Counted from the first letter of the stretch, positions 1-11,341 are shown. The stretch: 64,000 bases of DNA from an uncultured Ruminococcus sp. (GCA_964617585.1 CAZTXS010000007.1:11446-75445); one strand, 5' to 3'. The notes: generated by a model not told the origin, from the sequence alone. Numbers and translations: made by a program.

Positions 1-614
1 ACAAGTGAAATCAGCTTCTCGATTTCTTCTTGTCTTAACTTCATGCTGACCGTATTGACTATAAGTCTGGCTGAAATCGTCGCTATATCCTCTATAACCT
101 CCAGACCGTTTTCCTTTAAGGTAGTACCCGTTTCAACTATGTCGACTATACCGTCTGAAAGCTCCAAAAGCGGAGCAAGCTCTACCGAGCCTTCGATCTT
201 GACGATTTCTAAATCCATTCCCTTGGTTTCAAAATATGACCTTGCTACATTCGGGTATTTCGTAGCTATCGTTTTTACATCGTACCCTCCGTAAAAGCTC
301 GAACCTTTCTTTGCCGCCAGAGCAAACCTGCACTTACCGAAGCCGAGATCGACAAGCTCAAAAAAAGAGCCGCCCATTTCCATGATTGTGTCTTTTCCCA
401 CAACGCCCATATCGCATACGCCATGCTCAACATATGTGATTACATCGTTTGCTTTAGCGAGAACTACCTCTAGGTTAGCGTCGGGGATCAAAAGTATAAG
501 CTTTCTCCCCTTTTCTCTTACAGACGTGCAGTCAAACCCGATTTTCTCTAACAATCCTATAGTGTCCTTTTCAAGCCTGCCCTTTGTCAGGGCTATTCTG
601 ATAGGTTTATTCAT
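1..614 (-). CDS. hisG: ATP phosphoribosyltransferase catalytic subunit HisG (short form); the 3' part lies beyond the left window edge
   Basis: Absent from the ORF track because it is open at the edge. Manual reverse-strand translation from ATG 614..612 gives MNKPIRIALTKGRLEKDTIGLLEKIGFDCTSVREKGRKLILLIPDANLEVVLAKANDVITYVEHGVCDMGVVGKDT, a typical HisG N-terminus. It lies directly downstream of hisZ. Confidence 0.8.
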   Translation of the reverse strand, partial: MNKPIRIALTKGRLEKDTIGLLEKIGFDCTSVREKGRKLILLIPDANLEVVLAKANDVITYVEHGVCDMGVVGKDTIMEMGGSFFELVDLGFGKCRFALAAKKGSSFYGGYDVKTIATKYPNVARSYFETKGMDLEIVKIEGSVELAPLLELSDGIVDIVETGTTLKENGLEVIEDIATISARLIVNTVSMKLRQEEIEKLISL

Positions 615-657
615 ATTTATAAACGCTCCGAAAAGAGCTTACCCTCCTTAAAATATA

Positions 658-1854
658 TCATAAATTTATTTCTTTTACATCTTCGGATACTATATAAAGC
701 TTGGAAATACCTTTTTTTAATGCATAGCTTTTAGTTTCCTCTAAGGTTTCAAAAAGCGAGTTTTCAACCGTTATTCCGCTTTTGGCAACAGCGTTTGAAT
801 ATGCTATTGCTTTTAGCACATTATCCTTGTCGCCGAATACTATAGCGTCTGCAACCTTTGTTTCAGGCGGGTTATCGCTTTTCAACAAGAATGAAGAAAC
901 TGCGTTCACGTTTATTCCAAAGCCTGTAGCCGCAGCGTCAAAACCAAACTCGGAAATCAGCTTGTTGTATCTTCCGCCCGATAAAACCGGTTCGCCTATT
1001 CCCTCTAAATATCCTCTGAAAACTATTCCCGTATAATAGTCTACTCTGTTGACAGTTCCCAGATCAACTATTATCTTGCCCTCGTAGCCAAGCTCCGACA
1101 AGGATTTATAAACATATTTCAAGTCGGATAAAATCTTTTCTATTTTTTCATCGCAAAAGAGCTTTGAAGCTCTTTCAAATACCTCTTCCCCTCCAAACAG
1201 ACGGGGAAGCTGTTTTAGCGCTCTTGTAGCTTCGTTGTCCCCTATTCCGTCAAGAAGATCGTTTAATGCCGGATAGTTTTTATTGATTATCAAATATCTT
1301 ATTTCCTCGGCTGTCTGCTCATTTATGTCAAGCTTTGAAATAAGCTCTTTGAAAAATCCTATCGTTCCTATCTCCAAGCGGAACTTATCATCCTCAAACG
1401 CCGTTAAGGTTTCCATAGCCGCCGAAAGAACCTCAAAATCCGCTTTTCTTGAATCTGATCCTATAAGCTCTATTCCTGCCTGAACTATCTCGTCCGAATG
1501 TCCCTTAAGGAGAGCGTTGTTTTCATACATTGTCTGAATATAATACAAACGCAGAGGCATTTCAGCGTCCTTAAGCCGCGTTGCGACAAGTCTTGCAATA
1601 GGTATTGTTGAATCGGGACGCATAACAATAAGCCTGCCCTTTGTATCAACCGCTTTATACAGCTTCTCCTGCGGGATTTTCCTCGAGCCGCTGTCAAAAA
1701 CATCGTAAAACTCTAACCCGGTCGTTACAACCTCGCTGTATCCGTGCGACGTAAAGATGTCCGCCAATTTATTTTCAACCGCTCTTATCGAAAGACATTC
1801 GTCAAAAAGCAAATCTTTCGTTCCCTCAGGAGTTATCAGGTCATATCTTTTCAT
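658..1854 (-). CDS. hisZ: ATP phosphoribosyltransferase regulatory subunit HisZ (histidyl-tRNA synthetase paralogue)
   Basis: 398-aa ORF with a class II aaRS-like core (RLYY, GGRY motifs) and no anticodon-binding function implied. It sits immediately upstream of the short-form hisG. Confidence 0.8.
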   Translation of the reverse strand: MKRYDLITPEGTKDLLFDECLSIRAVENKLADIFTSHGYSEVVTTGLEFYDVFDSGSRKIPQEKLYKAVDTKGRLIVMRPDSTIPIARLVATRLKDAEMPLRLYYIQTMYENNALLKGHSDEIVQAGIELIGSDSRKADFEVLSAAMETLTAFEDDKFRLEIGTIGFFKELISKLDINEQTAEEIRYLIINKNYPALNDLLDGIGDNEATRALKQLPRLFGGEEVFERASKLFCDEKIEKILSDLKYVYKSLSELGYEGKIIVDLGTVNRVDYYTGIVFRGYLEGIGEPVLSGGRYNKLISEFGFDAAATGFGINVNAVSSFLLKSDNPPETKVADAIVFGDKDNVLKAIAYSNAVAKSGITVENSLFETLEETKSYALKKGISKLYIVSEDVKEINL

Positions 1855-1919
1855 TGAATGTTTTTCTTCCCTTCTAAATACTTTATCTAGCTAAAGTAGT
1901 AACACACTAATTTATTAGC

Positions 1920-1948
1920 ATAATATCACAGCAAATCAGCATTGTCAA
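1920..1948 (-). promoter_or_regulatory. Predicted sigma-A promoter of hisZ-hisG
   Basis: On the reverse strand: TTGACA (1948..1943), a 17-nt spacer, then TATTAT (1925..1920), about 65 nt upstream of the hisZ start. Confidence 0.5.
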
Positions 1949-2003
1949 CAGCGCCGGAATAAAGTTCATAATTCATTTACAAAGTGCAGTTCTGTCTTAA
2001 CCT

Positions 2004-5000
2004 TTACATACTGAATAAAGAGAACTGATTGCTTTCGGGAATATCTCCAAAAGCGTTTAATTCCTTAAGAGTTTCTATAATTGTCTTTGAAACGCCGCTC
2101 TGGTTTGCAAATTCCTCTATTGATATGAAATCGCCGTTCTGTGCCTTCTCATAAATACTATTTGAAGCCGCCGTGCCTACGCCGTTTATTGAACAGAAAG
2201 GAAGCCTAAGCTTTCCATCCTCGATTTTATAAACGGTAGAGTGAGATTTAAAAATATCGATAGGAAGAAACTCAAATCCCCTTGAAATCATCTCGTTAAT
2301 AAGAAGAAGCGTATCGAGGGTTCCCTCTTCTTTAGCCGTTTTGTCCCCTTTTAATTTCAGCTCCTGAATTTTGTGCTTTACCGCCGCTTCGCCTTTAATT
2401 GCAGTTTCGGCGTCAAAGTCCTCGCCGCGGACGGTAAATATAGCAGCGTAAAACTCAAGCGGCTTATAAACCTTAAACCAGCAAAGCCGAATAGCCGCCG
2501 TCACATAAGCTGCTGCGTGAGCCTTCGGGAACATATATTTAATTTTCAGACAACTGTCTATAAACCATTCGGGAACCCCGTGGTTTCTCATTTCCTGCTT
2601 CATTTCTTCAGTCAGAAGCTTAGGAGCGTTACCCTTTCTGGTGATTTCCATTATCTTAAAGGACATCGACGGATCAACTCCGTAATAAATAAGCTTTGTC
2701 ATAATGCTGTCACGGGTTCCGATAACCTGAGAAATGTCGCATACGCCGTTCTTAATAAGCTCCTGAGCGTTTCCAAGCCAAACGTCAGTACCATGCGAAA
2801 GACCTGAAATCTGAAGCAAATCGGAAAAGTTTTTAGGCCTTGCATCCAGAAGCATCTGCCTTACAAACGGCGTTCCCATTTCGGGAATACCCAGCGTTCC
2901 TGTTTCAACGAAAATCTGTTCCTGAGTAACGCCCAAGGCTTCGGTCGATGTGAAAAGCGAATAAACCTTATCGTCCGACATAGGTATTTCCGTTACCTTG
3001 CAGTCGGTCATATCCTCCAAATGCTTATAAAGAGTAGGAACATCGTGTCCCAACTCGTCAAGCTTGAGTATGGTATCATGAAGCGAGTTAAAATCAAAGT
3101 GAGTAGTGACTATATCGCTGTCCGTTTTCTCGGCAGGGTGCTGAACAGGCGTAAAATCATACACATCATATTCCGCCGGGATAACTACCATTCCGCCGGG
3201 GTGCTGACCTGTCGTTCTCTTGATTCCGGTACAGCCGTTCACAAGACGCTGAATCTCGGCAGGGTTTGCAGTTCTTCCACGCTCGTCAAGATACTTCATC
3301 ACATATCCGTAAGCGGTTTTGTCAGCAACTCCCGAAATCGTTCCCGCCTTGAAAACATGGTCAGCGCCGAATAGCTCTTCCGTGTATTTGTGAGCTTTGG
3401 ACTGGTACTCTCCCGAAAAGTTCAAATCTATATCAGGGGACTTATCCCCGTGGAAGCCAAGAAAGGTTTCAAACGGTATATCATGACCGTCACGGTTCAT
3501 GTCCGCACCGCATTCAGGACAAGCCTTAGGCGGCAAATCAAAACCTGAACCTACCGTACCATCGGTTATAAATTCGCTGTGCTTGCATTTCGGACAAACA
3601 TAGTGCGGCACAAGAGGATTAACTTCAGAAATTCCCGCCATGGAAGCCACAAACGACGAACCTACAGAACCTCTCGAGCCTACCTGATACCCGTTCTCAA
3701 CGGAATTTGCCACAAGCTTCTGCGCGATAATATACAGCACGGCGAATCCATGCTTGATAATGGAATCAAGCTCACGCTTTAGTCTGTCGTTTACTATCTG
3801 AGGAACAGGGTCGCCGTATATTTCCTTAGCTTTGTTCCAGCATATTTCGGAAAGCTCCTCCTCGGCGCCGTCAATACTCGGGGTAAATGTTCCCTTTGGA
3901 AAAGCTCTCAACTCGGAATCGGTCATATCTGCAATTTTATTTGAATTTGTAACAACTACCTCATAAGCCTTATCTTCGCCGAGATATTCGGAAAATTCTT
4001 CAAGCATTTCATCCGTTGTTTTAAGATACAGCGGCGCCTGAAAATCTGCGTCGGGATAGCCCTGACCTGCCTGCAATATCGCTCGGAATATAGCGTCGCC
4101 CTCCTCAAGAAAGTGAACGTCGCCGGTAGCGACAACAGGTATTCCCAGCTCATCGCCCAGATTGACGACAAATTTATTTATCTCTTTTAATTGTTCTTCC
4201 GTCTTGATGTTTTTATAAACGTCACGCTCGCTTCTTAGCATGAACCTGTTGTTGCCTATCGGCTGAATTTCAAGATAGTCATAAAACTTAGCAATCTCCG
4301 CAAGCTCTTCATGAGATTTGCCTTCTAAATAATTCTGAATAAGCTCGCCCATCTCGCAGGCGCTTCCGACAATAAGTCCCTCTCTGTGCTTTATAAGCTC
4401 CTGCTTTGGAATTCTTGGTCTTTTATAAAAATATTTCAGGTTGGAATCGGATACAAGCTTGTAAAGGTTTTTAAGCCCGACCTTGTTTTTTGCAAGTATA
4501 ATCTGATGATAAGGCTTTTTGATAGAACTCTGGTCTAAGGTATCGCTGTTCACCTGATACGCTTCAACACCGTAAATAAGCTTGAAGTCGCCGCCGTTTT
4601 TTCTTATTCTGTCAACAGCATACATTGCGTCGGGACAGCCCTGCATAACGCCGTGGTCGGTAATAGCTATTGCCTTATGCCCCCATGAAAAGGCTTTATT
4701 CACAATCTTATCGGCAGGTGAAACCGCGTCCATTGCCGACATATTTGTATGGCAGTGCAGCTCTACTCTCTTAACTTCGCTTTTATCCGTTTTCAAGTTT
4801 CTATGTATAGTCATTATATCGTTCGGAATAAAATATTCCTTGTGGTCATAATCGTCCTCGCTCAGAGAACCTGTCAAAACAACAGTCGTTCCCTTTTTGA
4901 TTTCGCCGATAATTGCTTCAAGAACGTCCTTGTTCAGCTTTGACCTTTTATTCGGAGAACCTATAAGCTTGACCGCACATGAATTTGTATAATCGGTTAT

Positions 5001-5792
5001 AAACATAACCGCTATAAGCAATCCCGATTTAGTTTCTCTTGTGCTGATTTCAAAAACATCTCCCCAGATTGTCGAGAAAGAACTGTCCGTATTTAAATCC
5101 TTAAGTGATGTGAGCTTGTCCGCAGGCTTAATGGTTCTGCCCATAACAAGCTTAGCTCCGCTTCCGTCAAGATAACTCTCTGCAAAATCTATGTCATAAA
5201 CAGAAAAGCTCTTGTTAATAGAATCAGATGAAGAAGGCTTCGGCGCAGGCGGCTCAGGCAGAGGAATACTCGCAACTGCGTCATGATATGATTTTTCATG
5301 AGCCTCTTTGTCCGTTGTGAGAACTCCCTCAAAAACCGGCTTGACGTTTATTGAAAAAAGGTCGAAAACAATATTCCTGATGGAATTTTCAATTCCGGCT
5401 TTCTCTAAAAGATGATAACCGCCTGATTTCAATTCAATTCTAAGCTCGCATGATTCACTGTCAAATGCAATACCCGCATTGTCCAGAAAACCGTTCACAA
5501 CCGAAAACCTGTCTTTCAGGAATTTGATTATCTCACCGAAATATTCCGCACAGAACATATCGGGAGTATACTTTATATTCAAGACAACGCTTTTAATACA
5601 CAGCGCCGTTTTCAAATCAGCTTCAAACTTCTTCGCTTCATCATAGCTTATAAGCTTGTCAAAAGCCACGGTAAGAGCCATCTTGTTATTATTCTCAAGC
5701 AGAGTAAGCTTTATTATTCTGCCGTCCGTCATATCAGACGGTATTATATTTTTATACTCTTCAAAAAAATTCCCTAAATAGTGCTGTTCCAT
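2004..5792 (-). CDS. polC: PolC-type DNA polymerase III alpha subunit, apparently lacking the inserted 3'-5' exonuclease domain
   Basis: 1262 aa. It has a PolC N-terminal domain, an OB region, the PHP motif [11 protein letters not shown]...ITDHG...GVEAY, the PolC-specific Cys4 module CPKCKHSEF...CPECG, and the polymerase core. The GVEAY strand runs straight into [20 protein letters not shown], with no DEDD exonuclease block between them. Confidence 0.9.
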   Translation of the reverse strand: MEQHYLGNFFEEYKNIIPSDMTDGRIIKLTLLENNNKMALTVAFDKLISYDEAKKFEADLKTALCIKSVVLNIKYTPDMFCAEYFGEIIKFLKDRFSVVNGFLDNAGIAFDSESCELRIELKSGGYHLLEKAGIENSIRNIVFDLFSINVKPVFEGVLTTDKEAHEKSYHDAVASIPLPEPPAPKPSSSDSINKSFSVYDIDFAESYLDGSGAKLVMGRTIKPADKLTSLKDLNTDSSFSTIWGDVFEISTRETKSGLLIAVMFITDYTNSCAVKLIGSPNKRSKLNKDVLEAIIGEIKKGTTVVLTGSLSEDDYDHKEYFIPNDIMTIHRNLKTDKSEVKRVELHCHTNMSAMDAVSPADKIVNKAFSWGHKAIAITDHGVMQGCPDAMYAVDRIRKNGGDFKLIYGVEAYQVNSDTLDQSSIKKPYHQIILAKNKVGLKNLYKLVSDSNLKYFYKRPRIPKQELIKHREGLIVGSACEMGELIQNYLEGKSHEELAEIAKFYDYLEIQPIGNNRFMLRSERDVYKNIKTEEQLKEINKFVVNLGDELGIPVVATGDVHFLEEGDAIFRAILQAGQGYPDADFQAPLYLKTTDEMLEEFSEYLGEDKAYEVVVTNSNKIADMTDSELRAFPKGTFTPSIDGAEEELSEICWNKAKEIYGDPVPQIVNDRLKRELDSIIKHGFAVLYIIAQKLVANSVENGYQVGSRGSVGSSFVASMAGISEVNPLVPHYVCPKCKHSEFITDGTVGSGFDLPPKACPECGADMNRDGHDIPFETFLGFHGDKSPDIDLNFSGEYQSKAHKYTEELFGADHVFKAGTISGVADKTAYGYVMKYLDERGRTANPAEIQRLVNGCTGIKRTTGQHPGGMVVIPAEYDVYDFTPVQHPAEKTDSDIVTTHFDFNSLHDTILKLDELGHDVPTLYKHLEDMTDCKVTEIPMSDDKVYSLFTSTEALGVTQEQIFVETGTLGIPEMGTPFVRQMLLDARPKNFSDLLQISGLSHGTDVWLGNAQELIKNGVCDISQVIGTRDSIMTKLIYYGVDPSMSFKIMEITRKGNAPKLLTEEMKQEMRNHGVPEWFIDSCLKIKYMFPKAHAAAYVTAAIRLCWFKVYKPLEFYAAIFTVRGEDFDAETAIKGEAAVKHKIQELKLKGDKTAKEEGTLDTLLLINEMISRGFEFLPIDIFKSHSTVYKIEDGKLRLPFCSINGVGTAASNSIYEKAQNGDFISIEEFANQSGVSKTIIETLKELNAFGDIPESNQFSLFSM

Positions 5793-5803
5793 TATATTCT
5801 CCG

Positions 5804-6847
5804 TTATTTTAATTTGTCTATCTCTTCAAATAATCTGTCTATTGCCTCTGCCTCATCTACGGTGCAGAGCATTTCGCCCTTTTTAAACAAAACGGCTTTT
5901 CCGTCGCCGCCTGCAATTCCTATATCCGCTTCACGGGCTTCACCCGGTCCGTTTACTACGCATCCCATGACTGCAACTGTAATATCCTTGTCTATATCCT
6001 TTACCCTGTCCTCTACCTTTTTTGCCAGGCTTATCAGGTCAATCTTGGTTCTTCCGCAGGTCGGGCAGGAAACAAGCTTCACTCCGCTGCCTTTATTTAC
6101 GGCTTTTAAAATGTCTTTGGCCGCATATACTTCTTTCACAGGTTCATCTGTCAGAGAAACTCTTATCGTTTCTCCTATTCCGTCAAGCAGAAGCGAGCCT
6201 ATTCCTATTGATGATTTTATAAGTCCCATTCGCTCGGTTCCCGCTTCGGTAACTCCCAGATGAAGCGGATAACTGCATTTTGAAGCAAGAAGCCTGTAAG
6301 CTGAAACCATAGTATTAACATCTGAGGATTTTATAGAAATAACTATATCGTCAAAATCAACCGCTTCAAGCATTTTTGCATGATTTAAAGCGCTTTCAAC
6401 TAAAGCTTCGGCGGTCGGCGAACCGTACTTTGCGAGAAGTTCCTTTTCAAGCGAACCTGAATTTACACCTATTCTTATAGGAATGTTTTTTGTCCTGCAC
6501 GCTGAAGCAACTTCTTTTACACGATCCATTCCGCCGATATTTCCCGGATTAACTCTTATCTTGTCAACGCCCGCAGCGGCAGCCTCCAAGGCAAGCTTAT
6601 AATCAAAATGAATATCTGCAACCAACGGCATGGACACTTTCTCTTTTATTGCCGGAACCAGCTTTACAGCGTCCATGTCCGGGATAGCCGCCCTGACAAT
6701 ATCACAGCCTGCTTTTTCAAGCTCGCACGCCTGATTCACGCTCTTTTCTATACACTCGGCAGGAACGTTCAGCATAGACTGCACATATATTTTACTTCCG
6801 TCAAGAGTGAGACTTCCCACCCTGACAGGCTTGCATTTTCTGTTCAT
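5804..6847 (-). CDS. ispG: 4-hydroxy-3-methylbut-2-en-1-yl diphosphate synthase (flavodoxin) IspG/GcpE
   Basis: TIM-barrel plus 4Fe-4S domain (CPTCGR...GCVVNGPGE). The track starts at TTG 6856. ATG 6847 ([11 protein letters not shown]) has AGGGAG 10 nt upstream and is preferred. Confidence 0.85.
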   Translation of the reverse strand: MNRKCKPVRVGSLTLDGSKIYVQSMLNVPAECIEKSVNQACELEKAGCDIVRAAIPDMDAVKLVPAIKEKVSMPLVADIHFDYKLALEAAAAGVDKIRVNPGNIGGMDRVKEVASACRTKNIPIRIGVNSGSLEKELLAKYGSPTAEALVESALNHAKMLEAVDFDDIVISIKSSDVNTMVSAYRLLASKCSYPLHLGVTEAGTERMGLIKSSIGIGSLLLDGIGETIRVSLTDEPVKEVYAAKDILKAVNKGSGVKLVSCPTCGRTKIDLISLAKKVEDRVKDIDKDITVAVMGCVVNGPGEAREADIGIAGGDGKAVLFKKGEMLCTVDEAEAIDRLFEEIDKLK

Positions 6848-6874
6848 TAAACTCAAACTCCCTATATTTTCAGG

Positions 6875-7942
6875 TCAGCCGAAAAGCTTTATGACATCGT
6901 TGAACGTTACATAAAGCATAAGCAGCATTAAAAGCGCAAGTCCTGCAAAATGAACCATGCCTTCTTTTTCGGGACTTACAGGCTTTTTCCTTATAGCCTC
7001 TATAATTAAAAACACCAAACGTCCGCCGTCCAGCGCAGGAAGCGGAAGCAGATTGAAAATTCCCACGTTTATTGAAATAAGCGCCGCCATTGAAAACAGA
7101 TTTTCAAAAAGTCCGCTCCAGTCAATTCCCGTTTCGGTAGTTCCGTTTGAAACAACGTCGCTTATTGCGCTTACTATTCCGACAGGACCTGATAAATCGT
7201 TTATTTTATACTGACCTGTTACAAGGTCGCCCAAAGAAATCCAAATAAGTCTTGCGTATGAAACGCTTCCCTTCCACGACTGAGAAATCACGCTTCCGAC
7301 GCTTCTCTCTATCGGCTCCACCTTAAAATCTATATGCAGACTGCTTGATTTTTCTCCGTTTTCGTTTTCCGTTTCGGTCATAGAGAACTTAACGTTTTCA
7401 AGATCTTTTTTCTCGCCGTTTCTTATAACCGTCATATCAAAAGCTCCGTCCTTATCCGACTGAAGCTGATATGTAAAATCAGTATCGGTGAAAATATGCA
7501 TACCGTTTATACTTGTTACCTTATCGCCGATCTGAAGTCCGCTTGCCTTTGAGGAAGCGTCCTCCTCAAACCACGATATAGTTGTCGACGCATAAGTATC
7601 GCTCATCGAAGTCATTATTACTATAAAAACAAATCCGAGTATCAAATTCATAATTGCACCTGCGGCAACTATTATAATTCTCTTTAAAACACTCTTTTTG
7701 CAAAAAGCCCTGTCGTCCTCGCTCGACTTGTCTTCACCTTCCATAGAACAGAATCCGCCTATAGGCAAAAGCCTTAACGAATACCTTGTTTCTCCTTTCT
7801 GTTTAGAAAGCAGCTTAGGACCCATACCTATTGCAAATTCATTGACCTTGACTCCGCTCTTTTTTGCAGCTATAAAATGTCCAAATTCATGAACTATAAT
7901 AATGATGCCGAAAACAATAATTGCGATAATTATACTAACCAT
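6875..7942 (-). CDS. rseP: RIP site-2 metalloprotease RseP/RasP family
   Basis: HEFGHF zinc motif in the first TM helix, a central PDZ-like segment, a C-terminal LDGG motif, and the conserved position between dxr and ispG/polC. Confidence 0.85.
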   Translation of the reverse strand: MVSIIIAIIVFGIIIIVHEFGHFIAAKKSGVKVNEFAIGMGPKLLSKQKGETRYSLRLLPIGGFCSMEGEDKSSEDDRAFCKKSVLKRIIIVAAGAIMNLILGFVFIVIMTSMSDTYASTTISWFEEDASSKASGLQIGDKVTSINGMHIFTDTDFTYQLQSDKDGAFDMTVIRNGEKKDLENVKFSMTETENENGEKSSSLHIDFKVEPIERSVGSVISQSWKGSVSYARLIWISLGDLVTGQYKINDLSGPVGIVSAISDVVSNGTTETGIDWSGLFENLFSMAALISINVGIFNLLPLPALDGGRLVFLIIEAIRKKPVSPEKEGMVHFAGLALLMLLMLYVTFNDVIKLFG

Positions 7943-7963
7943 TAATACACCTCGATTTAATCC

Positions 7964-9103
7964 TCATATTTTATTCAATACATATTCTCTGGCTGTTTTG
8001 TCCGCATCCAAGACATCCTCCAAGCAGTTTATATCAGATTTTTTTATATTCTCTAATGCCGACTGAACCAGCTCGCCTATCTGCAAAAAAGAAATTTTAC
8101 CATTGATAAACAAATCTACCGCCTGCTCGTTCGCACCGTTTACAACCGCCGGCGCCGAACCGCCTATAGTTATAGCCTTAATACACGCCCTCAGGCAATC
8201 AAAGGTTTCAAAGTCCGGCTCAAAAAAGGATAATCTTCCGTAATCGGTAAGCGACAAAGACTTCTCCTTACAGTATATCCGATTAGGATACGTAAGAGCA
8301 TACTGAATCGGCAGCCTCATATCGGGAACTCCCATCTGTGCGATAACCGAACCGTCCATATACTCAACCGCAGAATGTACAACGCTCTCCCTGTGAACAA
8401 CTATTTCAATCTGCTCGGGACTGAGGTCAAAAAGCCACATAGCTTCAATAAACTCAAGTCCCTTGTTCATAAGAGTCGCCGAATCAATGGTTATTTTATT
8501 TCCCATAGACCAGTTCGGGTGATTTAAAGCCTGCTCAAGAGTGACGTTTTCAAGCTCACTTTTTTTCTTACCGAAAAACGGACCTCCCGAAGCGGTTAGA
8601 ATAATTTTTTTGATCTCGTTCATTTCATTGCCCTGAAGGCACTGAAAAATCGCAGAATGTTCGCTGTCTACCGGAAGAATCCTGACCCCCTTTTCCAAAG
8701 CCTTGTCTGTTACAAGCTTCCCTCCGGTAACAAGAGTTTCTTTGTTTGCAAGAGCAATGTCAACTCCCTTTTCGATAGCGGTCATAGTAGGCTTTAATCC
8801 TACCATTCCGACAACTGAATTGAGCATAATGTCAACGCCGTCAAGAAAAGCTATTTCGCAAAGCCCCTCCATACCACACAGAACTTTCACGCCTGTTCCA
8901 AAAAAGTTATTCTTAAGCTCGCCGTATTTTTCCTCGTCGTATATGCAGACGTACCCGGCATTAAACTCTTTTGCCTGCTTTGTCAGAAGTTCTGTATTTC
9001 TGTTTGCCGCCAAGGCTTTCACTCTAATTTTATGCAGTGAAGCGATTTCTAATGCCTGCGTGCCTATCGAACCTGTAGAACCCAAAATAGAAATAGTTTT
9101 CAT
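7964..9103 (-). CDS. dxr: 1-deoxy-D-xylulose 5-phosphate reductoisomerase
   Basis: N-terminal GSTGSIG NADPH motif, and a DSEHSAIFQC...NKGLE core typical of Dxr. Confidence 0.9.
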   Translation of the reverse strand: MKTISILGSTGSIGTQALEIASLHKIRVKALAANRNTELLTKQAKEFNAGYVCIYDEEKYGELKNNFFGTGVKVLCGMEGLCEIAFLDGVDIMLNSVVGMVGLKPTMTAIEKGVDIALANKETLVTGGKLVTDKALEKGVRILPVDSEHSAIFQCLQGNEMNEIKKIILTASGGPFFGKKKSELENVTLEQALNHPNWSMGNKITIDSATLMNKGLEFIEAMWLFDLSPEQIEIVVHRESVVHSAVEYMDGSVIAQMGVPDMRLPIQYALTYPNRIYCKEKSLSLTDYGRLSFFEPDFETFDCLRACIKAITIGGSAPAVVNGANEQAVDLFINGKISFLQIGELVQSALENIKKSDINCLEDVLDADKTAREYVLNKI

Positions 9104-9139
9104 TTTCCTCTAACCCGTTATGAGCTTCCTCCCATTAAA

Positions 9140-9164
9140 TTCAATAGGGAGCAAGCCCTGAAAT
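9140..9164 (-). repeat. Degenerate L-box-like sequence (possible eroded solo copy of the repeat family)
   Basis: The reverse strand reads ATTTCAGGGCTTGCTCCCTATTGAA, against the L-box TTCAATAAGGGCTTGCCCGTCATTCAA. It is about 35 nt upstream of the dxr start, in the same sense orientation as the other solo L-boxes. Confidence 0.3.
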
Positions 9165-9193
9165 ACAGAGTAAGCCCCCAAAACCGATGCTTT

Positions 9194-10036
9194 TTAAATT
9201 ACATTAAACAGACTAAGCGCAATTGTCATAAACGGAGAAACAAACAATACGCTGTCGAACCTGTCCATTACCCCGCCGTGACCCGGCATGATGTTTCCGT
9301 AATCCTTAATACCTGTCTGACGCTTTAAAACGGAAGCCGTCAGATCACCTAAAAGACCTAACAGAGAACATATCATTCCCAGAACAAATAAAACTATATA
9401 GTTTGCCGATACATCTGCTTTAGCTATAAGCTTTGTGTATAAAAGACCTAAAAACACGAATATAATACCGTTTGTAACAACGCCTCCGATAACGCCCTCG
9501 ACGGTTTTCTTCGGGCTTATATTCGGGCATAGCTTATGCCTGCCGAAAAATGTTCCGGCAAAATAAGCTCCGCTGTCGGCAAGCCAAGCTCCGCACAGAG
9601 CCAATACAACATAAAAAAGTCCGTGTTCTCCGCCCGTTCTGTTGAGGTACAGAAGAGTCGACATTGAAACCGATACAAAAGCTGACGCAAATATCATAAA
9701 GCAAAGCTTTTCATACTTCATCGTTTTGTGATAGCCCAAAAAAGCTATAAACATCAAAAGTAAAAATCCTGCGGAAATATAATACATTATATCTTCATTT
9801 TGCTTTAAAAGATAATTTGAAAAAGGAATAGTCAAAGCAAAAATATAGCATATAATCTGAGAAGCTTTAAACTTAATACAGTCCTCCGCTCTGAAAAGCT
9901 CAAATAATGCCGCCTCAATAAGTAAGGCAACCGCTATATTCAGCGCTATTGTATTATGAAAACACAGCACAGTCACCGCAATAACTATCGCCACAGCCGC
10001 TGAAATAATTCTTGTCAGCATTTTATATTCCTCCAA
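9194..10036 (-). CDS. cdsA: Phosphatidate cytidylyltransferase
   Basis: Polytopic membrane protein with the C-terminal CdsA signature KRQTGIKDYGNIMPGHGGVMDRFDS. It follows uppS as in most Firmicutes. Confidence 0.85.
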   Translation of the reverse strand: MEEYKMLTRIISAAVAIVIAVTVLCFHNTIALNIAVALLIEAALFELFRAEDCIKFKASQIICYIFALTIPFSNYLLKQNEDIMYYISAGFLLLMFIAFLGYHKTMKYEKLCFMIFASAFVSVSMSTLLYLNRTGGEHGLFYVVLALCGAWLADSGAYFAGTFFGRHKLCPNISPKKTVEGVIGGVVTNGIIFVFLGLLYTKLIAKADVSANYIVLFVLGMICSLLGLLGDLTASVLKRQTGIKDYGNIMPGHGGVMDRFDSVLFVSPFMTIALSLFNVI

Positions 10037-10754
10037 ATCTTCTGTTACGGTCGCTGAAAGCCCAAACCGCTTCCGCTAAATCCTTTTCTTTGAAATCCGG
10101 CCAAAGAATATTGGTAAAGTAATACTCAGCATAAGCAGACTGCCAGATTAAAAAGTTTGAAAGTCGCATCTCTCCGCTCGGTCTGATTATCAGATCGACA
10201 GGAGGAATATCCGCCGTATACAGATTCTTCTCTATCAGGTTTTCATCGATGCTTTCAATGTCAAGCTCGCCGCATTTTACTTTCTTCGCAATCTCTCTGA
10301 CGCTGTGACAAATCTCATCCCGGCCGCCGTAATTGACAGCCAACACAACCGTCATAGAATCAAAGTCCTTAGAAATTTCTTCAGCGTGTTTCATCTTATC
10401 CCTCAAATTTTGGGAAAGCTTTTCCCTGTTGCCTATAAAAACAAGCCTGATATTTTCCTTTTCAAAGGAGGAAACATCGTCAAGATAATCTTCAAAAAGC
10501 TTCATAATTGCGTTGACTTCGTCCTTGGGTCTGCTCCAGTTTTCGGTTGAAAACGCATAGAAGGTCATATATTTAACGCCGAGCGACTTGCCTGCCAGCG
10601 CAATTTTCTTAAACGTTTTAGCTCCCTCGCGATGTCCGAACTTTCTCGGCATATGACGTTTTTTTGCCCATCTGCCGTTTCCGTCCATAATCACGCCTAT
10701 ATGCACAGGTACGGAAAGATTATCCGTCCTGTCTTTTTTTCTTTTCCCTATCAC
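10023..10754 (-). CDS. uppS: Isoprenyl transferase (undecaprenyl diphosphate synthase)
   Basis: HIGVIMDGNGRWA and RLSNFLIWQSAYAE motifs of cis-prenyltransferases. It overlaps cdsA by 14 nt. Confidence 0.9.
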   Translation of the reverse strand: MIGKRKKDRTDNLSVPVHIGVIMDGNGRWAKKRHMPRKFGHREGAKTFKKIALAGKSLGVKYMTFYAFSTENWSRPKDEVNAIMKLFEDYLDDVSSFEKENIRLVFIGNREKLSQNLRDKMKHAEEISKDFDSMTVVLAVNYGGRDEICHSVREIAKKVKCGELDIESIDENLIEKNLYTADIPPVDLIIRPSGEMRLSNFLIWQSAYAEYYFTNILWPDFKEKDLAEAVWAFSDRNRRFGGI

Positions 10755-10786
10755 GAAAATTCCTCCGGCGCAAATAATTTTTCAAC

Positions 10787-11341
10787 CTAGATAGATAAAA
10801 CTTCTTTTTCCTTTTCAGCAACAACTTCGTCTATATTTTTAATATATTTATCCGTAAGCTTCTGGGTTTTATCCTCGCCCTGTTTTAAATCATCTTCTGT
10901 AAGCTCGGAATTTTTCTTCATAGACTTAAGCTTGTCATTAGCGTCACGGCGAATTGAGCGAATTGCAACCTTTGCCTCTTCCCCGTACTTCTTTATGTCC
11001 TTAACAAGCTCTTTTCTTCTGTCTTCGGTAAGCTGAGGAAATGAAAGTCTGATAACGGAACCGTCGTTTGCAGGGTTAATTCCTATATCTGACGCTTGAA
11101 TAGCCTTTTCAATTTTCTTTATAAGGCTCTTGTCCCACGGCTGTATAACTAAAACTCTGGCTTCTGAAACAGACACAGCCGCCATCTGATTAACGGGAGT
11201 GGGAGTTCCGTAATAATCCACCAAAACCTTGTCTAAAACCGCAGGGTTTGCTCTTCCTGCTCTGATAGAAGCAAACTCGTTCTTTAAGCTGCCTACTGAT
11301 TTCTGCATCTTCTCCTCAGCTTTATTAAGTACCTCTTTCAT
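10787..11341 (-). CDS. frr: Ribosome recycling factor
   Basis: MKEVLNKAEEKMQKSV...RAGRANPAVLD is typical of Frr. The start is moved from 11383 to ATG 11341, which has AAGGAG 8 nt upstream and gives the usual length of about 184 aa. Confidence 0.9.
   Translation of the reverse strand: MKEVLNKAEEKMQKSVGSLKNEFASIRAGRANPAVLDKVLVDYYGTPTPVNQMAAVSVSEARVLVIQPWDKSLIKKIEKAIQASDIGINPANDGSVIRLSFPQLTEDRRKELVKDIKKYGEEAKVAIRSIRRDANDKLKSMKKNSELTEDDLKQGEDKTQKLTDKYIKNIDEVVAEKEKEVLSI

Noticed and set aside
43-651. Two + strand ORFs (43-294 and 382-651) at the left edge.
   Set aside because: They are antisense to a clear hisG reading frame on the reverse strand (start at 614). Their translations are low-complexity S/T/I-rich sequence, typical of the shadow frames of real genes.
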